A DNA stretch of 64,000 bases from Candidatus Latescibacterota bacterium (GTDB lineage Bacteria; Latescibacterota; UBA2968), in NCBI GenBank assembly GCA_965207885.1, contig OZ242311.1, forward strand, positions 832,001-896,000, given 5' to 3'. Each line of letters opens with the position of its first letter. Position 1 is the first letter of the stretch. A model generated the notes under the pieces. That model had not been told where the DNA came from, did not search any database, and was given only the letters and a program-made list of their open reading frames with translations. The translations under genes and the position numbers were made by a program. This document shows, in pieces, positions 38,545 through 48,726 of the stretch.

Positions 38545-41500
38545 TTACTCCTTCAGCGCATCTTTCAAAAATCGTCCGGTGTGCGAGGCTGTGACAGATA
38601 CCACATCTTCAGGCGTGCCGCAAGCGATTAAATCGCCGCCGTCTTCTCCGCCTTCTGGGCCCAGGTCGATGACCCAGTCGGCGGTTTTGATTACGTCCAG
38701 GTTGTGCTCGATTACGATTGCGGTGTTGCCCGCGTTGACGAGGCGATTGAGTACGTCGAGCAGTTTCTGGATGTCGGCGAAGTGCAGTCCCGTTGTCGGT
38801 TCGTCGAGGATATATACGGTTTTTCCGGTGCTCGGCCGCGCCAGTTCGCGCGCCAATTTCACGCGCTGGGCTTCGCCGCCTGAGAGTGTGGTCGATGCCT
38901 GTCCCATTTTGATATAGCCCAGGCCCACGTCAAATAGCGTTTGGAGAGAACGCTGGATGCCGGGTATGTGGGTAAAATGCGATAGGGCTTCGGCTACTGT
39001 CATCTCCAGCACATCGGCGATTGACGCACCCTTATAGGTTATGTCGATTACATCGCGGTTGTAGCGCTTTCCGCCACAGGTTTCACAGGTGACCCACACG
39101 TCGGGCAAGAAGTGCATTTCTATACGGCGCGCACCCAAACCCGCACAGGCGTCGCACCGCCCGCGCTTGTGATTGAAGCTGAAATGCCCGGTTTTAAATC
39201 CGCGTACCTGGGCGTCTGGCAAGCTGGCGTACAGGGTGCGTATTTTGTCGAATACTTTGACATAGGTCGCGGGATTGCTGCGCGGCGAATAGCCAATGGG
39301 TGTCTGGTCGATGTTGATCACTTTGTCGATGCGTTCCAATCCCAGGACATCGTCGTGTTCTCCCCAGGCTTTTTGTGCGCGGTTTACGCGGGCGGCGAGT
39401 GCGCCGAAGAGTACGTCGTTGACGAGCGAACTTTTGCCCGATCCCGATACGCCGGTCACGCAGGTCAAGGTGCCCAGCGGAAATGAGACATCGACGTTTT
39501 TTAAGTTGTTATGCCGTGCGCCTACCACGCAAAGCGATCCCCGTTCGGGGTTTCGCCGCTCATCGGGGACTTCGATCTGCAAGTCGCCTGCGAGATAATG
39601 CGCGGTTATTGAGCCGTTGTCGGTTTTTAATTTGCGCGGATTGCCCGCAGCTACGATGCGTCCGCCTTCAACACCTGCGCCGGGCCCAAAGTCCAGAATG
39701 TGATCTGCCCGATTCAGGGTTTCGCGGTCGTGTTCGACAATGAGGAGCGAGTTGCCCAGGTCGCGCAGTTGTGCCAGTGCAGCCAATAACTGGTGGTTGT
39801 CGCGCTGGTGCAGGCCAATTGTCGGTTCGTCGAGTACGTAGAGTACTCCGGTTAGACCGGATCCGATCTGGCTCGCCAGGCGGATGCGCTGTGCCTCGCC
39901 GCCCGATAGCGTGGGTGCTCGCCGTCCCAGGTTCAAATAGCCCAGGCCCACTTCGTCGAGAAACCGCAGGCGGCTCTGGATTTCGTGCAGTACTTCTGCG
40001 GCGGCTTCGCGCGCTTGTCCTTCCAAAATCATTGTGTCGAAATAGGTGCGTACTTCGCGGATGGGCATTGCCACCAGTTGGGGCATTGTTTTGCCGAATA
40101 GTTTTATTGCTGTACTTTCCGGCTTCAGGCGGGTTCCCTTGCAAGACGGACACGGCACGTCCTGGATAAAGTCACCCATTAGCCGACGGAATCGCGGTGC
40201 TTGCCGCACCAGGGTCTCGATTGTCGGAAACAGGCCCTTGAATTGGAATGAGAGATTTTTAGAGGTTTTTAGCCATTGTGTGCCCAAACCGTATAAGATG
40301 GCGTGTTGTCCTTCTGCTGATATCCGCGCAAAAGGGGTGTGCAGGTCAAAGCCCGCGGCTTTGCCGACCGCAGATAGCATGTCGCCTATTTGTGTGTGCG
40401 GTTCTACCTTTCCCCAGGCGAGTACTGCGCCTTCGGATAGTGATTTGTGAATGTCGGGAATCAGGGTGTGGATGCCCATGCCGCGCTGCGTTCCCAGTCC
40501 TTCGCACGATAAGCACCAGCCTTCAGAGCTGTTGAATGATAGATGCTGAGGGGTTATTGTTTCAAAACTGCGTCCGCAGGATGGGCAGGAGAGGTGCTGG
40601 CTAAATCGCGTTTCTTCGCTGTCATCGGGCGATGCGACGATCAAAGTGCCTTCTGAAATATCCAGCGCGATTTCGATGGAGTCCGCGATGCGTTTGCGGT
40701 TCTTTTTTTCTGCGATTACGCGATCTATCAGGATTTCGAGCCTATGCGTCTGTCTGTAATCGATCTCGGGCGGGTTTGACAGGTTGAAAACTGCGCCATT
40801 GAGTCTGCCGCGCAAATAGCCTTTGCGGCGAAAGCGGTTGATCAAGCTGGTATAATCCTCGCCCTTGCCGAGTTCTACGGGTGCGAGAAGGTAGAGGCGC
40901 CGTTTCATTTTCAGTACGCGCGTTACAATTTCACGAACAGACTGGCTGCCCGCCAATACATCGCAATCTGGACAATAGGTATCGCCCAATAATGCGTAGA
41001 GTGCCCGCAGATAGTCGTAAACCTCTGTTATTGTGCCTACGGTTGAGCGCGGGTTTTTGCTCGCGGCTTTTTGTTCAATGGCAATCGCGGGCGATAAGCC
41101 TACCACGCGATCGACCTTTGGTTTGGGCATCTGTCCCAGAAATTGCCGCGCATAAGCGGATAGGGATTCGACATATCGCCGCTGTCCTTCGGCGTAAATT
41201 GTGTCGAGTGTTAGGGAAGATTTTCCCGAACCGGATACGCCGGAGATCACGGTCATTTTTTCGCGGGGAATGGATACATCCACATTTTGCAAGTTGTTCT
41301 CTCTCGCCCCCACAACGTCAATGGTCCGCACCTGGCCATTGGCGATTCGTTTACCGTTTTTCTCAGGTGCAGGTGGTGTGCGCGATAGCACTTCGTCAAG
41401 CGCGCGTCCCGTGTGAGAGTTGGGAGATTGCGTCAGGTGTTCGGGTGTGCCTTCTGCTATAATTTGCCCCCCGTCTTCGCCGCCTTCAGGTCCCAGGTCG

Positions 41501-44193
41501 ATGACCCAATCCGCGGTTTTGATCACGTCCAGATTGTGTTCGATAACCACCACTGTATTGCCCATATCCACGAGCCGATGCAATACATTTAAAAGATTCT
41601 GGATATCGGCAAAATGCAGGCCCGTCGTGGGCTCGTCCAGGATGTACAGGGTTTTGCCCGTGCTTCTGCGGCACAGTTCTTTTGACAGCTTGACCCGTTG
41701 TGCTTCGCCGCCGGAGAGCGTTGGCGCGGGCTGGCCCAATTTGACGTAGCCCATTCCCACATCGACCAGGGTTTGGAGGATGCGGTGAATGCCGGGGATT
41801 GCCTGAAAAAACAGATGCGCTTCTTCGACTTCCATTGCCAGCACATCGGCAATGGATTTGCCCTTGTACTTCACGTCCAGGGTTTCGCGATTAAAACGCC
41901 GCCCCTCACACACGGGACACGTTACCCACACATCGGCGAGGAAGTCCATTTCGACGAGGTTTGCGCCATTGCCCTTACACGCCTCGCATCGCCCGCCCTT
42001 TACGTTGAAACTGAAGCGTCCGGGTTTATAGCCCCGTACTTTTGACTCGGGCAATTCGGCAAATAATTTTCGAATGGGATCAAATACACCCGTGTATGTC
42101 GCCGCGTTGCTGCGCGGGGTGCGTCCAATGGGCTGCTGGTTGATCTCGATGACTTTGTCCAGGAGGTCTGTGCCTTCGATGCAGCGGTGTGCGCCTATTT
42201 CCGTTTCTGCGCGGTTTAGTTTTCGCGCGAGGGCGGGATAGAGGATGTCGGCGATTAGCGACGATTTTCCCGATCCGGACACGCCCGTGACACAGGTAAA
42301 TACGCCGACGGGAATTTTTGCGTCGATATTTTTGAGGTTATTTTGAGATGCGCCCCGAATCCATAAGTTGCGATGCGATACGGGCCGCCTTTCGGGTACT
42401 GCTATTTTCTCTTTTCCCGAGAGATAAGCTCCTGTCACCGAGCGGGTTCTTCTCGCTACCTGTTTCCACGATCCTTCGGCGACTATTCGACCACCGAGGT
42501 GCCCTGGCCCCGGACCAAAATCCACCACCCGGTCCGCGCGACGCATTGTGTCTTCGTCGTGTTCGACGACGATTACGGTATTGCCCACGTCCCGCAGGCG
42601 GCACAGGGCGTTGAGTAACCGCCGATTGTCGCGGTGGTGCAGGCCTATTGACGGTTCGTCCAGCACATAGGTTACGCCTACCAATCCAGACCCAATCTGG
42701 CTGGCGAGGCGAATGCGTTGCGCCTCGCCGCCCGATAGCGTGGGTGCCGTGCGATTGAGTGTGAGATAGTCGAGACCCACATCGAGAAGAAATTTCAATC
42801 GTCCGCGAATTTCTTTCAGGGCATCTTCGGCAATCCGCGCCTGAATCTCGGTCAATTTGAGGTTCTGAAAAAAGGCGTGTGCGCGATCGACGGTCATTGC
42901 CGTGACATCGGGCAGGGTGTGTCCTTCGATTTTGACGGAGAGGGCTTCGGGTTTCAAGCGGGTGCCCTCGCAGGCGGGACATATACCCACGCGCATGAAT
43001 GGTGCGAGACGTTTGCGTACTATGGTGCTCTGCCCTTCGGCAAATTGCCGCTCCATTGGGGGCAGGATGCCTTCAAACCCATCGCGATGGCGTTTTATGC
43101 TGCCGTTGCTGCGGCGCCATTCAAAGGTCATTTTGCCGTCTATGCCGTATAATAATGCTTGTTGGCCCTCTGGTGAGATGCGCTTATAGGGCGTTTGCAA
43201 ATCTGCGCCATGGCGTTTCAAAACGCCTGCGTAATAGTGAGATTTCCACCGATTTTTGGGTACGCCCAGTGGCGCGATTGCGCCTTCCATTACAGATAAT
43301 TCGGGATTGGGGACGACTTTTGCCAGGTCCATTGCATAGCGCGTGCCCAATCCGCGGCAGCCGGGGCACATGCCCTGCGGGCTGTTGAATGAGAATAGTT
43401 GCGGTACAGGTTCCTGCGCGCTGCGTCCACAGGTGGGACAGGAAAAGTGCGTGCTCAGCAGCAGATCATCCTCGCCTTCTGCGCTGACGATTATCGCCCC
43501 TTTGCCCATTATGAGGCCGGCATCGACGGCTTCGCCAATGCGTCCTCGCATTGTTTTTTTTGCGATAACCCGATCGATCACGACTTCGATATCGTGTCTT
43601 TTGTAGCGCTCCAAATTCGGGGTCTGGGTCAATGTTGTGATCTGTCCATCCACGCGTGCGCGGATATATCCCTCTTTTTGCAAATTTTCAAACAGGTCGT
43701 GATACTCTCCTTTTCGCCCCTGTACGAGAGAAGAGAGTATGTGAATGCGCGTGCCTTCACCCAGCGCCATAATTCGATCCACAATGCCGTCGCGCGTTTG
43801 CGCCCCAATTGGCGTATTGTCATGTGCGCAATGGGGGGTGCCAATTCGCGCAAATAACACGCGCAAATAGTCGTAGATTTCGGTTATTGTGCCCACGGTT
43901 GAGCGGGGGTTGCGTCCTGCGGTTTTTTGTTCGATGGAAATCGTTGGCGATAATCCCGTGATTTGATCGACTTCGGGTTTTTCCATTTGTCCCAAAAATT
44001 GACGCGCATACGCCGATAGGGATTCCACATAACGCCGCTGGCCTTCGGCATAGATGGTATCAAAAGCCATTGACGACTTGCCCGAACCGGATACGCCGGT
44101 AAAACATATTAGCGCGTGTCGGGGCAATGTCAGGTCTATATTTTGCAAGTTGTGTACTCGCGCACCTTTTACGACGATGCTTTTTGTTTCCAT
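38545..44193 (-). CDS. uvrA: Excinuclease ABC subunit A, tandem-duplicated (1882 aa)
   Basis: Four GVSGSGKSS Walker A motifs, LSGGEAQR signatures, zinc fingers. Confidence 0.97.
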   Translation of the reverse strand: METKSIVVKGARVHNLQNIDLTLPRHALICFTGVSGSGKSSMAFDTIYAEGQRRYVESLSAYARQFLGQMEKPEVDQITGLSPTISIEQKTAGRNPRSTVGTITEIYDYLRVLFARIGTPHCAHDNTPIGAQTRDGIVDRIMALGEGTRIHILSSLVQGRKGEYHDLFENLQKEGYIRARVDGQITTLTQTPNLERYKRHDIEVVIDRVIAKKTMRGRIGEAVDAGLIMGKGAIIVSAEGEDDLLLSTHFSCPTCGRSAQEPVPQLFSFNSPQGMCPGCRGLGTRYAMDLAKVVPNPELSVMEGAIAPLGVPKNRWKSHYYAGVLKRHGADLQTPYKRISPEGQQALLYGIDGKMTFEWRRSNGSIKRHRDGFEGILPPMERQFAEGQSTIVRKRLAPFMRVGICPACEGTRLKPEALSVKIEGHTLPDVTAMTVDRAHAFFQNLKLTEIQARIAEDALKEIRGRLKFLLDVGLDYLTLNRTAPTLSGGEAQRIRLASQIGSGLVGVTYVLDEPSIGLHHRDNRRLLNALCRLRDVGNTVIVVEHDEDTMRRADRVVDFGPGPGHLGGRIVAEGSWKQVARRTRSVTGAYLSGKEKIAVPERRPVSHRNLWIRGASQNNLKNIDAKIPVGVFTCVTGVSGSGKSSLIADILYPALARKLNRAETEIGAHRCIEGTDLLDKVIEINQQPIGRTPRSNAATYTGVFDPIRKLFAELPESKVRGYKPGRFSFNVKGGRCEACKGNGANLVEMDFLADVWVTCPVCEGRRFNRETLDVKYKGKSIADVLAMEVEEAHLFFQAIPGIHRILQTLVDVGMGYVKLGQPAPTLSGGEAQRVKLSKELCRRSTGKTLYILDEPTTGLHFADIQNLLNVLHRLVDMGNTVVVIEHNLDVIKTADWVIDLGPEGGEDGGQIIAEGTPEHLTQSPNSHTGRALDEVLSRTPPAPEKNGKRIANGQVRTIDVVGARENNLQNVDVSIPREKMTVISGVSGSGKSSLTLDTIYAEGQRRYVESLSAYARQFLGQMPKPKVDRVVGLSPAIAIEQKAASKNPRSTVGTITEVYDYLRALYALLGDTYCPDCDVLAGSQSVREIVTRVLKMKRRLYLLAPVELGKGEDYTSLINRFRRKGYLRGRLNGAVFNLSNPPEIDYRQTHRLEILIDRVIAEKKNRKRIADSIEIALDISEGTLIVASPDDSEETRFSQHLSCPSCGRSFETITPQHLSFNSSEGWCLSCEGLGTQRGMGIHTLIPDIHKSLSEGAVLAWGKVEPHTQIGDMLSAVGKAAGFDLHTPFARISAEGQHAILYGLGTQWLKTSKNLSFQFKGLFPTIETLVRQAPRFRRLMGDFIQDVPCPSCKGTRLKPESTAIKLFGKTMPQLVAMPIREVRTYFDTMILEGQAREAAAEVLHEIQSRLRFLDEVGLGYLNLGRRAPTLSGGEAQRIRLASQIGSGLTGVLYVLDEPTIGLHQRDNHQLLAALAQLRDLGNSLLIVEHDRETLNRADHILDFGPGAGVEGGRIVAAGNPRKLKTDNGSITAHYLAGDLQIEVPDERRNPERGSLCVVGARHNNLKNVDVSFPLGTLTCVTGVSGSGKSSLVNDVLFGALAARVNRAQKAWGEHDDVLGLERIDKVINIDQTPIGYSPRSNPATYVKVFDKIRTLYASLPDAQVRGFKTGHFSFNHKRGRCDACAGLGARRIEMHFLPDVWVTCETCGGKRYNRDVIDITYKGASIADVLEMTVAEALSHFTHIPGIQRSLQTLFDVGLGYIKMGQASTTLSGGEAQRVKLARELARPSTGKTVYILDEPTTGLHFADIQKLLDVLNRLVNAGNTAIVIEHNLDVIKTADWVIDLGPEGGEDGGDLIACGTPEDVVSVTASHTGRFLKDALKE

Positions 44194-44369
44194 AAGACTC
44201 CTAATTTTTAATTTTTAATTTGTTTGCATTGCAATATACTATACACACGTTCACCAATCAAGAGAGAACTCACCGGGTGATTGTAATGAGGGAAAATCCT
44301 TGTCATTGGGCTTCTTTCGCTTTATACTTTCGAGTGCCAATATTTGCCCTACTACGCACGGGGGACAGT

Positions 44370-45107
44370 ATGACAAAAATTTTGACTATTGACAGTGAAG
44401 AAGCCGCTGTAAACCGGATTGTCAAAATTCTCGAATCCAATGATTATCAGGCACAGAGCGCGACAACGTGGACCGAAGCGGTTGACGCAATCGCGCAAGG
44501 ACAACCCGATCTGGTGTTGCTCAATCTCGAGATGCCGATTGTTCACGGCGATGTGTTGATCGAATTTATTCGCGAAGAAGGCTTTGAAATGCCGGTGATT
44601 GTGGTGTCGTTTCCCGTTGAGGAAGCAGAAACCACAGCACTCCTGGAACAGGGTGTTTACAGCATTGTTGAAAAACCATTTGAAGACAAGACGCTTATCG
44701 AAAAAATAGAGCATGTGCTCGACATAGCCAAATTAGAGGAAGATATCGAAGCGGATACACCAGCAGACGCCGAAGAGACCGAATTAGAGGAAGATATCGA
44801 AACGGATACATCAGCAGACGCCGAAGAGACCGAGGAGGGAGAGAAAGTATCGGAGGAAAGTACTGAAGAAGCAGAAGACGAGGAAGTACAATCGGAAGCG
44901 TCCTCTGATGATGAAGATAAATCAGAACCTTTCCTCAAGCAACCGCGCGATCTGAGAACTTCGTCGCCCACTAAGATGAGCAAGCGCAAAAAGACGATCA
45001 TGTTCACCATAATTGGGATCTATATTCTTATCGGAGGCTTTATTGTTGCTATGTATTTTACAGACGAAGTCCCGGCATTTGTAGATCAGATACTCAGGAA
45101 CTGGTAG
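44370..45107 (+). CDS. Pseudo-receiver domain + acidic linker + C-terminal TM anchor
   Basis: PDLVLLNLEMP (Asn at phospho-Asp site), VEKPF, E/D-rich linker, hydrophobic tail. Confidence 0.8.
   Translation: MTKILTIDSEEAAVNRIVKILESNDYQAQSATTWTEAVDAIAQGQPDLVLLNLEMPIVHGDVLIEFIREEGFEMPVIVVSFPVEEAETTALLEQGVYSIVEKPFEDKTLIEKIEHVLDIAKLEEDIEADTPADAEETELEEDIETDTSADAEETEEGEKVSEESTEEAEDEEVQSEASSDDEDKSEPFLKQPRDLRTSSPTKMSKRKKTIMFTIIGIYILIGGFIVAMYFTDEVPAFVDQILRNW
44731..44832 (+). repeat. 51-bp in-frame tandem duplication
   Basis: LEEDIEADTPADAEETE / LEEDIETDTSADAEETE. Confidence 0.9.
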
Positions 45108-45120
45108 AAAGGAGTTTTCA

Positions 45121-46143
45121 ATGGGATTAAATGTCGCCGTGGTCGGTTTGGGGGGTATTGGCAACCGACACGCCACTATTTATAATGGTCACGACCAATG
45201 CAATCTGGTTGCTGTTTGCGATATAGACCAAAAACGCGCAGACGCCGCTGCGTCGCAATACGGTGCCAGGGCATTTTACACTGTGCGAGATATGCTGGAC
45301 GCAGGCCTGGATATCACTGTGGCAAGCGTTGCGACTGCCGGTCATGAAAATGGTGGCGACCACTACAAACCCACGATGGAACTCCTGGAAGCAGGTGTCC
45401 ATGTACTCGGCGAAAAACCCATTTCTAACAATATCGACGAAGCAAAAGAGATGGTCGCCAAAGCGAGAGAGAAAAATCTGCGCTACGGCATTGACCTCAA
45501 CCACCGGTTTACGCCTGCTGCTACACGCGCCAAAGAATGGGTTGATCAGGGTCGCCTGGGCGAGATCAATATCATCAATATGACCATGTGGATCAATAAC
45601 CCCCGAGAAACGTCGCCGTGGTTCCACATTCGCGCCCTGCACCCGCACTCTATTGACGTTATGCGCTACTTTTGTGGCGATATTGAAAAGGTGAGTGCCT
45701 TTTTTAAGCGCGGCGTAGATAACGATGGCAATCGCCGCGTGTGCTGGTCGAATATGCAACTCAATATGCGCTTTACAGACGGTACGGTGGGCAATCTCAC
45801 CGGAAGTTATGACGCCACGGGGCCGGGTGGTTCTTATGGTCTTGAACGTCTCGAGGTGGTGGGGTCAGACGCCCGCTTTGTGCTCGAAGAAGCCTGTGAA
45901 CGCCTGCATTTTCACCCCCGCCGCTCAATGGAACTCGAACGCTATGACTATATCGGCGGTATGATGGGGTTCAACGAGACATTTCAAAGCCGCATTGGGC
46001 GGTGGATAGAGCAAAATCTCGAAAACGCATCTCCCGAAGATATCGAGGGTTCGGGTGAAGAAGCACTCAAAGCACAGATGGTTATTGAAGCTGCGATAAG
46101 ATCGTGGGAGACGGATGCGGTCGTTGCTGTTAAAGATGTGTGA
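45121..46143 (+). CDS. Gfo/Idh/MocA oxidoreductase
   Basis: VVGLGGIG, GEKP, HSIDVMRY. Confidence 0.9.
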   Translation: MGLNVAVVGLGGIGNRHATIYNGHDQCNLVAVCDIDQKRADAAASQYGARAFYTVRDMLDAGLDITVASVATAGHENGGDHYKPTMELLEAGVHVLGEKPISNNIDEAKEMVAKAREKNLRYGIDLNHRFTPAATRAKEWVDQGRLGEINIINMTMWINNPRETSPWFHIRALHPHSIDVMRYFCGDIEKVSAFFKRGVDNDGNRRVCWSNMQLNMRFTDGTVGNLTGSYDATGPGGSYGLERLEVVGSDARFVLEEACERLHFHPRRSMELERYDYIGGMMGFNETFQSRIGRWIEQNLENASPEDIEGSGEEALKAQMVIEAAIRSWETDAVVAVKDV

Positions 46144-46178
46144 AATTCAGGAGACAGATAACAGGAGATAAAAACCCT

Positions 46179-48722
46179 GTGAAACCAATTTCTACTTTTG
46201 TGGTCAAACCTTCGCTTCCCAAAGCGCTTCAGGGCCTCGAAGCACTGGCTTATAATCTGCGCTGGGCCTGGGATCCCGATACGATGGATCTCTTTCGACG
46301 CATTGATCCCATTCTCTGGGAAACAGTTTATCACAATCCAGTGCGCCTGCTCAATGACATCAGCCAGGAACGCCTGAATCAACTCTCTGAAAATCCGGGA
46401 TTCATGGCGCATTTTAAGCGGGTGTCTGAGTCTTTCCGCGCGTTTATGGATGGGGAGACCTATTTTCACTCTGCCCATGGCAAAACAACGTCCGATATTC
46501 AAATCGCCTATTTCTCTGCGGAGTTTGGTCTCACCGAGGGTCTGCCGATCTATTCGGGTGGTCTGGGTGTGTTGGCTGGGGATCACCTCAAGTCTGCGAG
46601 TACACTGGGGTTGCCTTTTGCTGCGGTGGGTCTGCTGTATCAACACGGCTATTTCAATCAGTATCTCACAAATGACGGTTGGCAGCAAGAAGAATATACC
46701 GAAAATGACTATTACGCGCTGCCCGTCCAGATTGTTCGCGATGAACACGGGCGAGATATTACCATTACTCTCGCGTTTCCCGAGGCAGAAGCGCGGGTGC
46801 GAATATGGAAAGTGCAGGTTGGGCGCATTCCCCTGTACTTGCTCGATACCAATTTGATGGAAAATCCGCCGTCTATCCGCGAAATTACGGCGCAACTTTA
46901 CGGTGGGGATAGCGAAACGCGCATTCGGCAGGAAATTTTGCTGGGTATTGGCGGCGTGCGCGCGCTCAACGCATTGGGTCTGCAGCCCACCGTATGCCAC
47001 ATGAATGAAGGGCATTCGGCTTTTTTGGGGCTGGAGCGCATCCGGCAGGCGATGCACGACGATGGTGCTACATTTGATCAGGCCGCAGAGTACACATCAG
47101 CAGGTCACGTTTTTACGACCCATACCCCCGTTCCAGCCGGGCACGATGTTTTTCCCGTTTCTCTGATCGAAAAATACTTCAGGTCCTATGCGCATGAACT
47201 CGGTCTTTCCATGTCCGCGTTTCTCGCTTTGGGACAGGGCGGTCCCCAAAGAGCTGGCGATGGTTTTAACATGACTGTGCTCGCGTTCAGGCTGTCGTCC
47301 TATCGCAATGGCGTCAGCAAACTCCACGGCGAGGTCTCGCGCAATATGTGGCAATCGCTGTGGCCCGGGTTGCCGAAGAATGAAATCCCCATTGAGTCTA
47401 TTACCAATGGCGTTCACATTGCTTCCCATATTTCGCAACAAATGCGCGCCCTTGAAGACAATTACATGGGGCCTCGGCGCCTGGAGGAACCTCACGATCA
47501 GAGTGTGTGGGAGACGATAGACCACATCCCGCCCGAAGAACTCTGGCGCGTCCACGAGCGCAGAAGAGAACGCCTCGTTGCATTTGCCCGTCAACGCCTC
47601 AGAAAGCAGTTGCAGCGAGAAACTGCGTCGTCAATCGATATGGCGCGTGCCGACGAAGTCCTGACTGCCGATGCGCTTACGATTGGTTTTGCCAGGCGTT
47701 TTGCAACGTATAAACGCGCGACGCTCTTGTTTCACGATCTCGAAAGGCTCACGCGCATCCTGTGCAATGAGGAACGTCCCGTTCAGGTTATTTTTGCGGG
47801 CAAAGCGCACCCTCAAGACCACGCGGGGAAGGAATTTATCCAGGAAATTTTCAGTCTCACGCAGCGCGAGTATCTCCATCGCCGTCTGGTTTTTATCGAA
47901 AATTACGATATGTGTGTGGCGCGTTATCTCGTGCAAGGGGTCGATATCTGGCTGAATACGCCGATGAGACCCCAGGAAGCGAGCGGTACCAGTGGCATGA
48001 AAGCCGTTGCCAATGGCGCGCTAAATCTCAGTGTGCTCGATGGCTGGTGGGCAGAAGCCTATCAACCGGAATTGGGCTGGGAGATCGGACACGGCAAAGA
48101 ATACGACGATCCGGCGTATCAAAACCAGATTGAAGCGCGGGCAATTTACAATATTCTCGAGAAAGAAGCTGTGCCGCTTTTTTACACTCGCGGTGTGGAT
48201 GGGTTGCCCAGAGGATGGATCGCCCGGATGAAAAACGCCATGCGCGTGTTGTGTCCAAAGTTCAATACCCATCGCATGGTGCAGGAATACACCGAGCGGT
48301 TCTACTTGAAGGCGCATGCGCGATCGAGAGATCTTTCGGATGACAATGGCGCGAGAGCCAGAGCACTGGCTGAATGGAAAGATAGAGTTCGCCATGGGTG
48401 GAAGGATGTGGCGATCCGTTCTGTAACGTCGAGCCAGATGCAAACATCGCATGTGGGCGATAAGATCGAAATTCGCGCAGATGTCGCGCTGGGCGACTTG
48501 ACCGTAGAGGATGCGGCTGTCGAGATTTTTCACGGGCAGGTCGGCACAGAGGGGCAAATTGTCCAGGGTGAGTCGCTGCCGATGGTGCTTGTGGATCCCC
48601 ATACTTTTGTGGGGCACCTGCCTTTGCAAAAAAGCGGCCGATGGGGCTATACGGTTCGCATCCGCCCGCACCACGAGGACCTCAATTCGATATGTGATAC
48701 CGGGTTAATTACTTGGGCGTGA
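46179..48722 (+). CDS. glgP: Alpha-glucan (glycogen) phosphorylase
   Basis: YSGGLGVLAGD, ARRFATYKR, EASGTSGMK PLP site. Confidence 0.95.
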   Translation: MKPISTFVVKPSLPKALQGLEALAYNLRWAWDPDTMDLFRRIDPILWETVYHNPVRLLNDISQERLNQLSENPGFMAHFKRVSESFRAFMDGETYFHSAHGKTTSDIQIAYFSAEFGLTEGLPIYSGGLGVLAGDHLKSASTLGLPFAAVGLLYQHGYFNQYLTNDGWQQEEYTENDYYALPVQIVRDEHGRDITITLAFPEAEARVRIWKVQVGRIPLYLLDTNLMENPPSIREITAQLYGGDSETRIRQEILLGIGGVRALNALGLQPTVCHMNEGHSAFLGLERIRQAMHDDGATFDQAAEYTSAGHVFTTHTPVPAGHDVFPVSLIEKYFRSYAHELGLSMSAFLALGQGGPQRAGDGFNMTVLAFRLSSYRNGVSKLHGEVSRNMWQSLWPGLPKNEIPIESITNGVHIASHISQQMRALEDNYMGPRRLEEPHDQSVWETIDHIPPEELWRVHERRRERLVAFARQRLRKQLQRETASSIDMARADEVLTADALTIGFARRFATYKRATLLFHDLERLTRILCNEERPVQVIFAGKAHPQDHAGKEFIQEIFSLTQREYLHRRLVFIENYDMCVARYLVQGVDIWLNTPMRPQEASGTSGMKAVANGALNLSVLDGWWAEAYQPELGWEIGHGKEYDDPAYQNQIEARAIYNILEKEAVPLFYTRGVDGLPRGWIARMKNAMRVLCPKFNTHRMVQEYTERFYLKAHARSRDLSDDNGARARALAEWKDRVRHGWKDVAIRSVTSSQMQTSHVGDKIEIRADVALGDLTVEDAAVEIFHGQVGTEGQIVQGESLPMVLVDPHTFVGHLPLQKSGRWGYTVRIRPHHEDLNSICDTGLITWA

Positions 48723-48726
48723 TACT

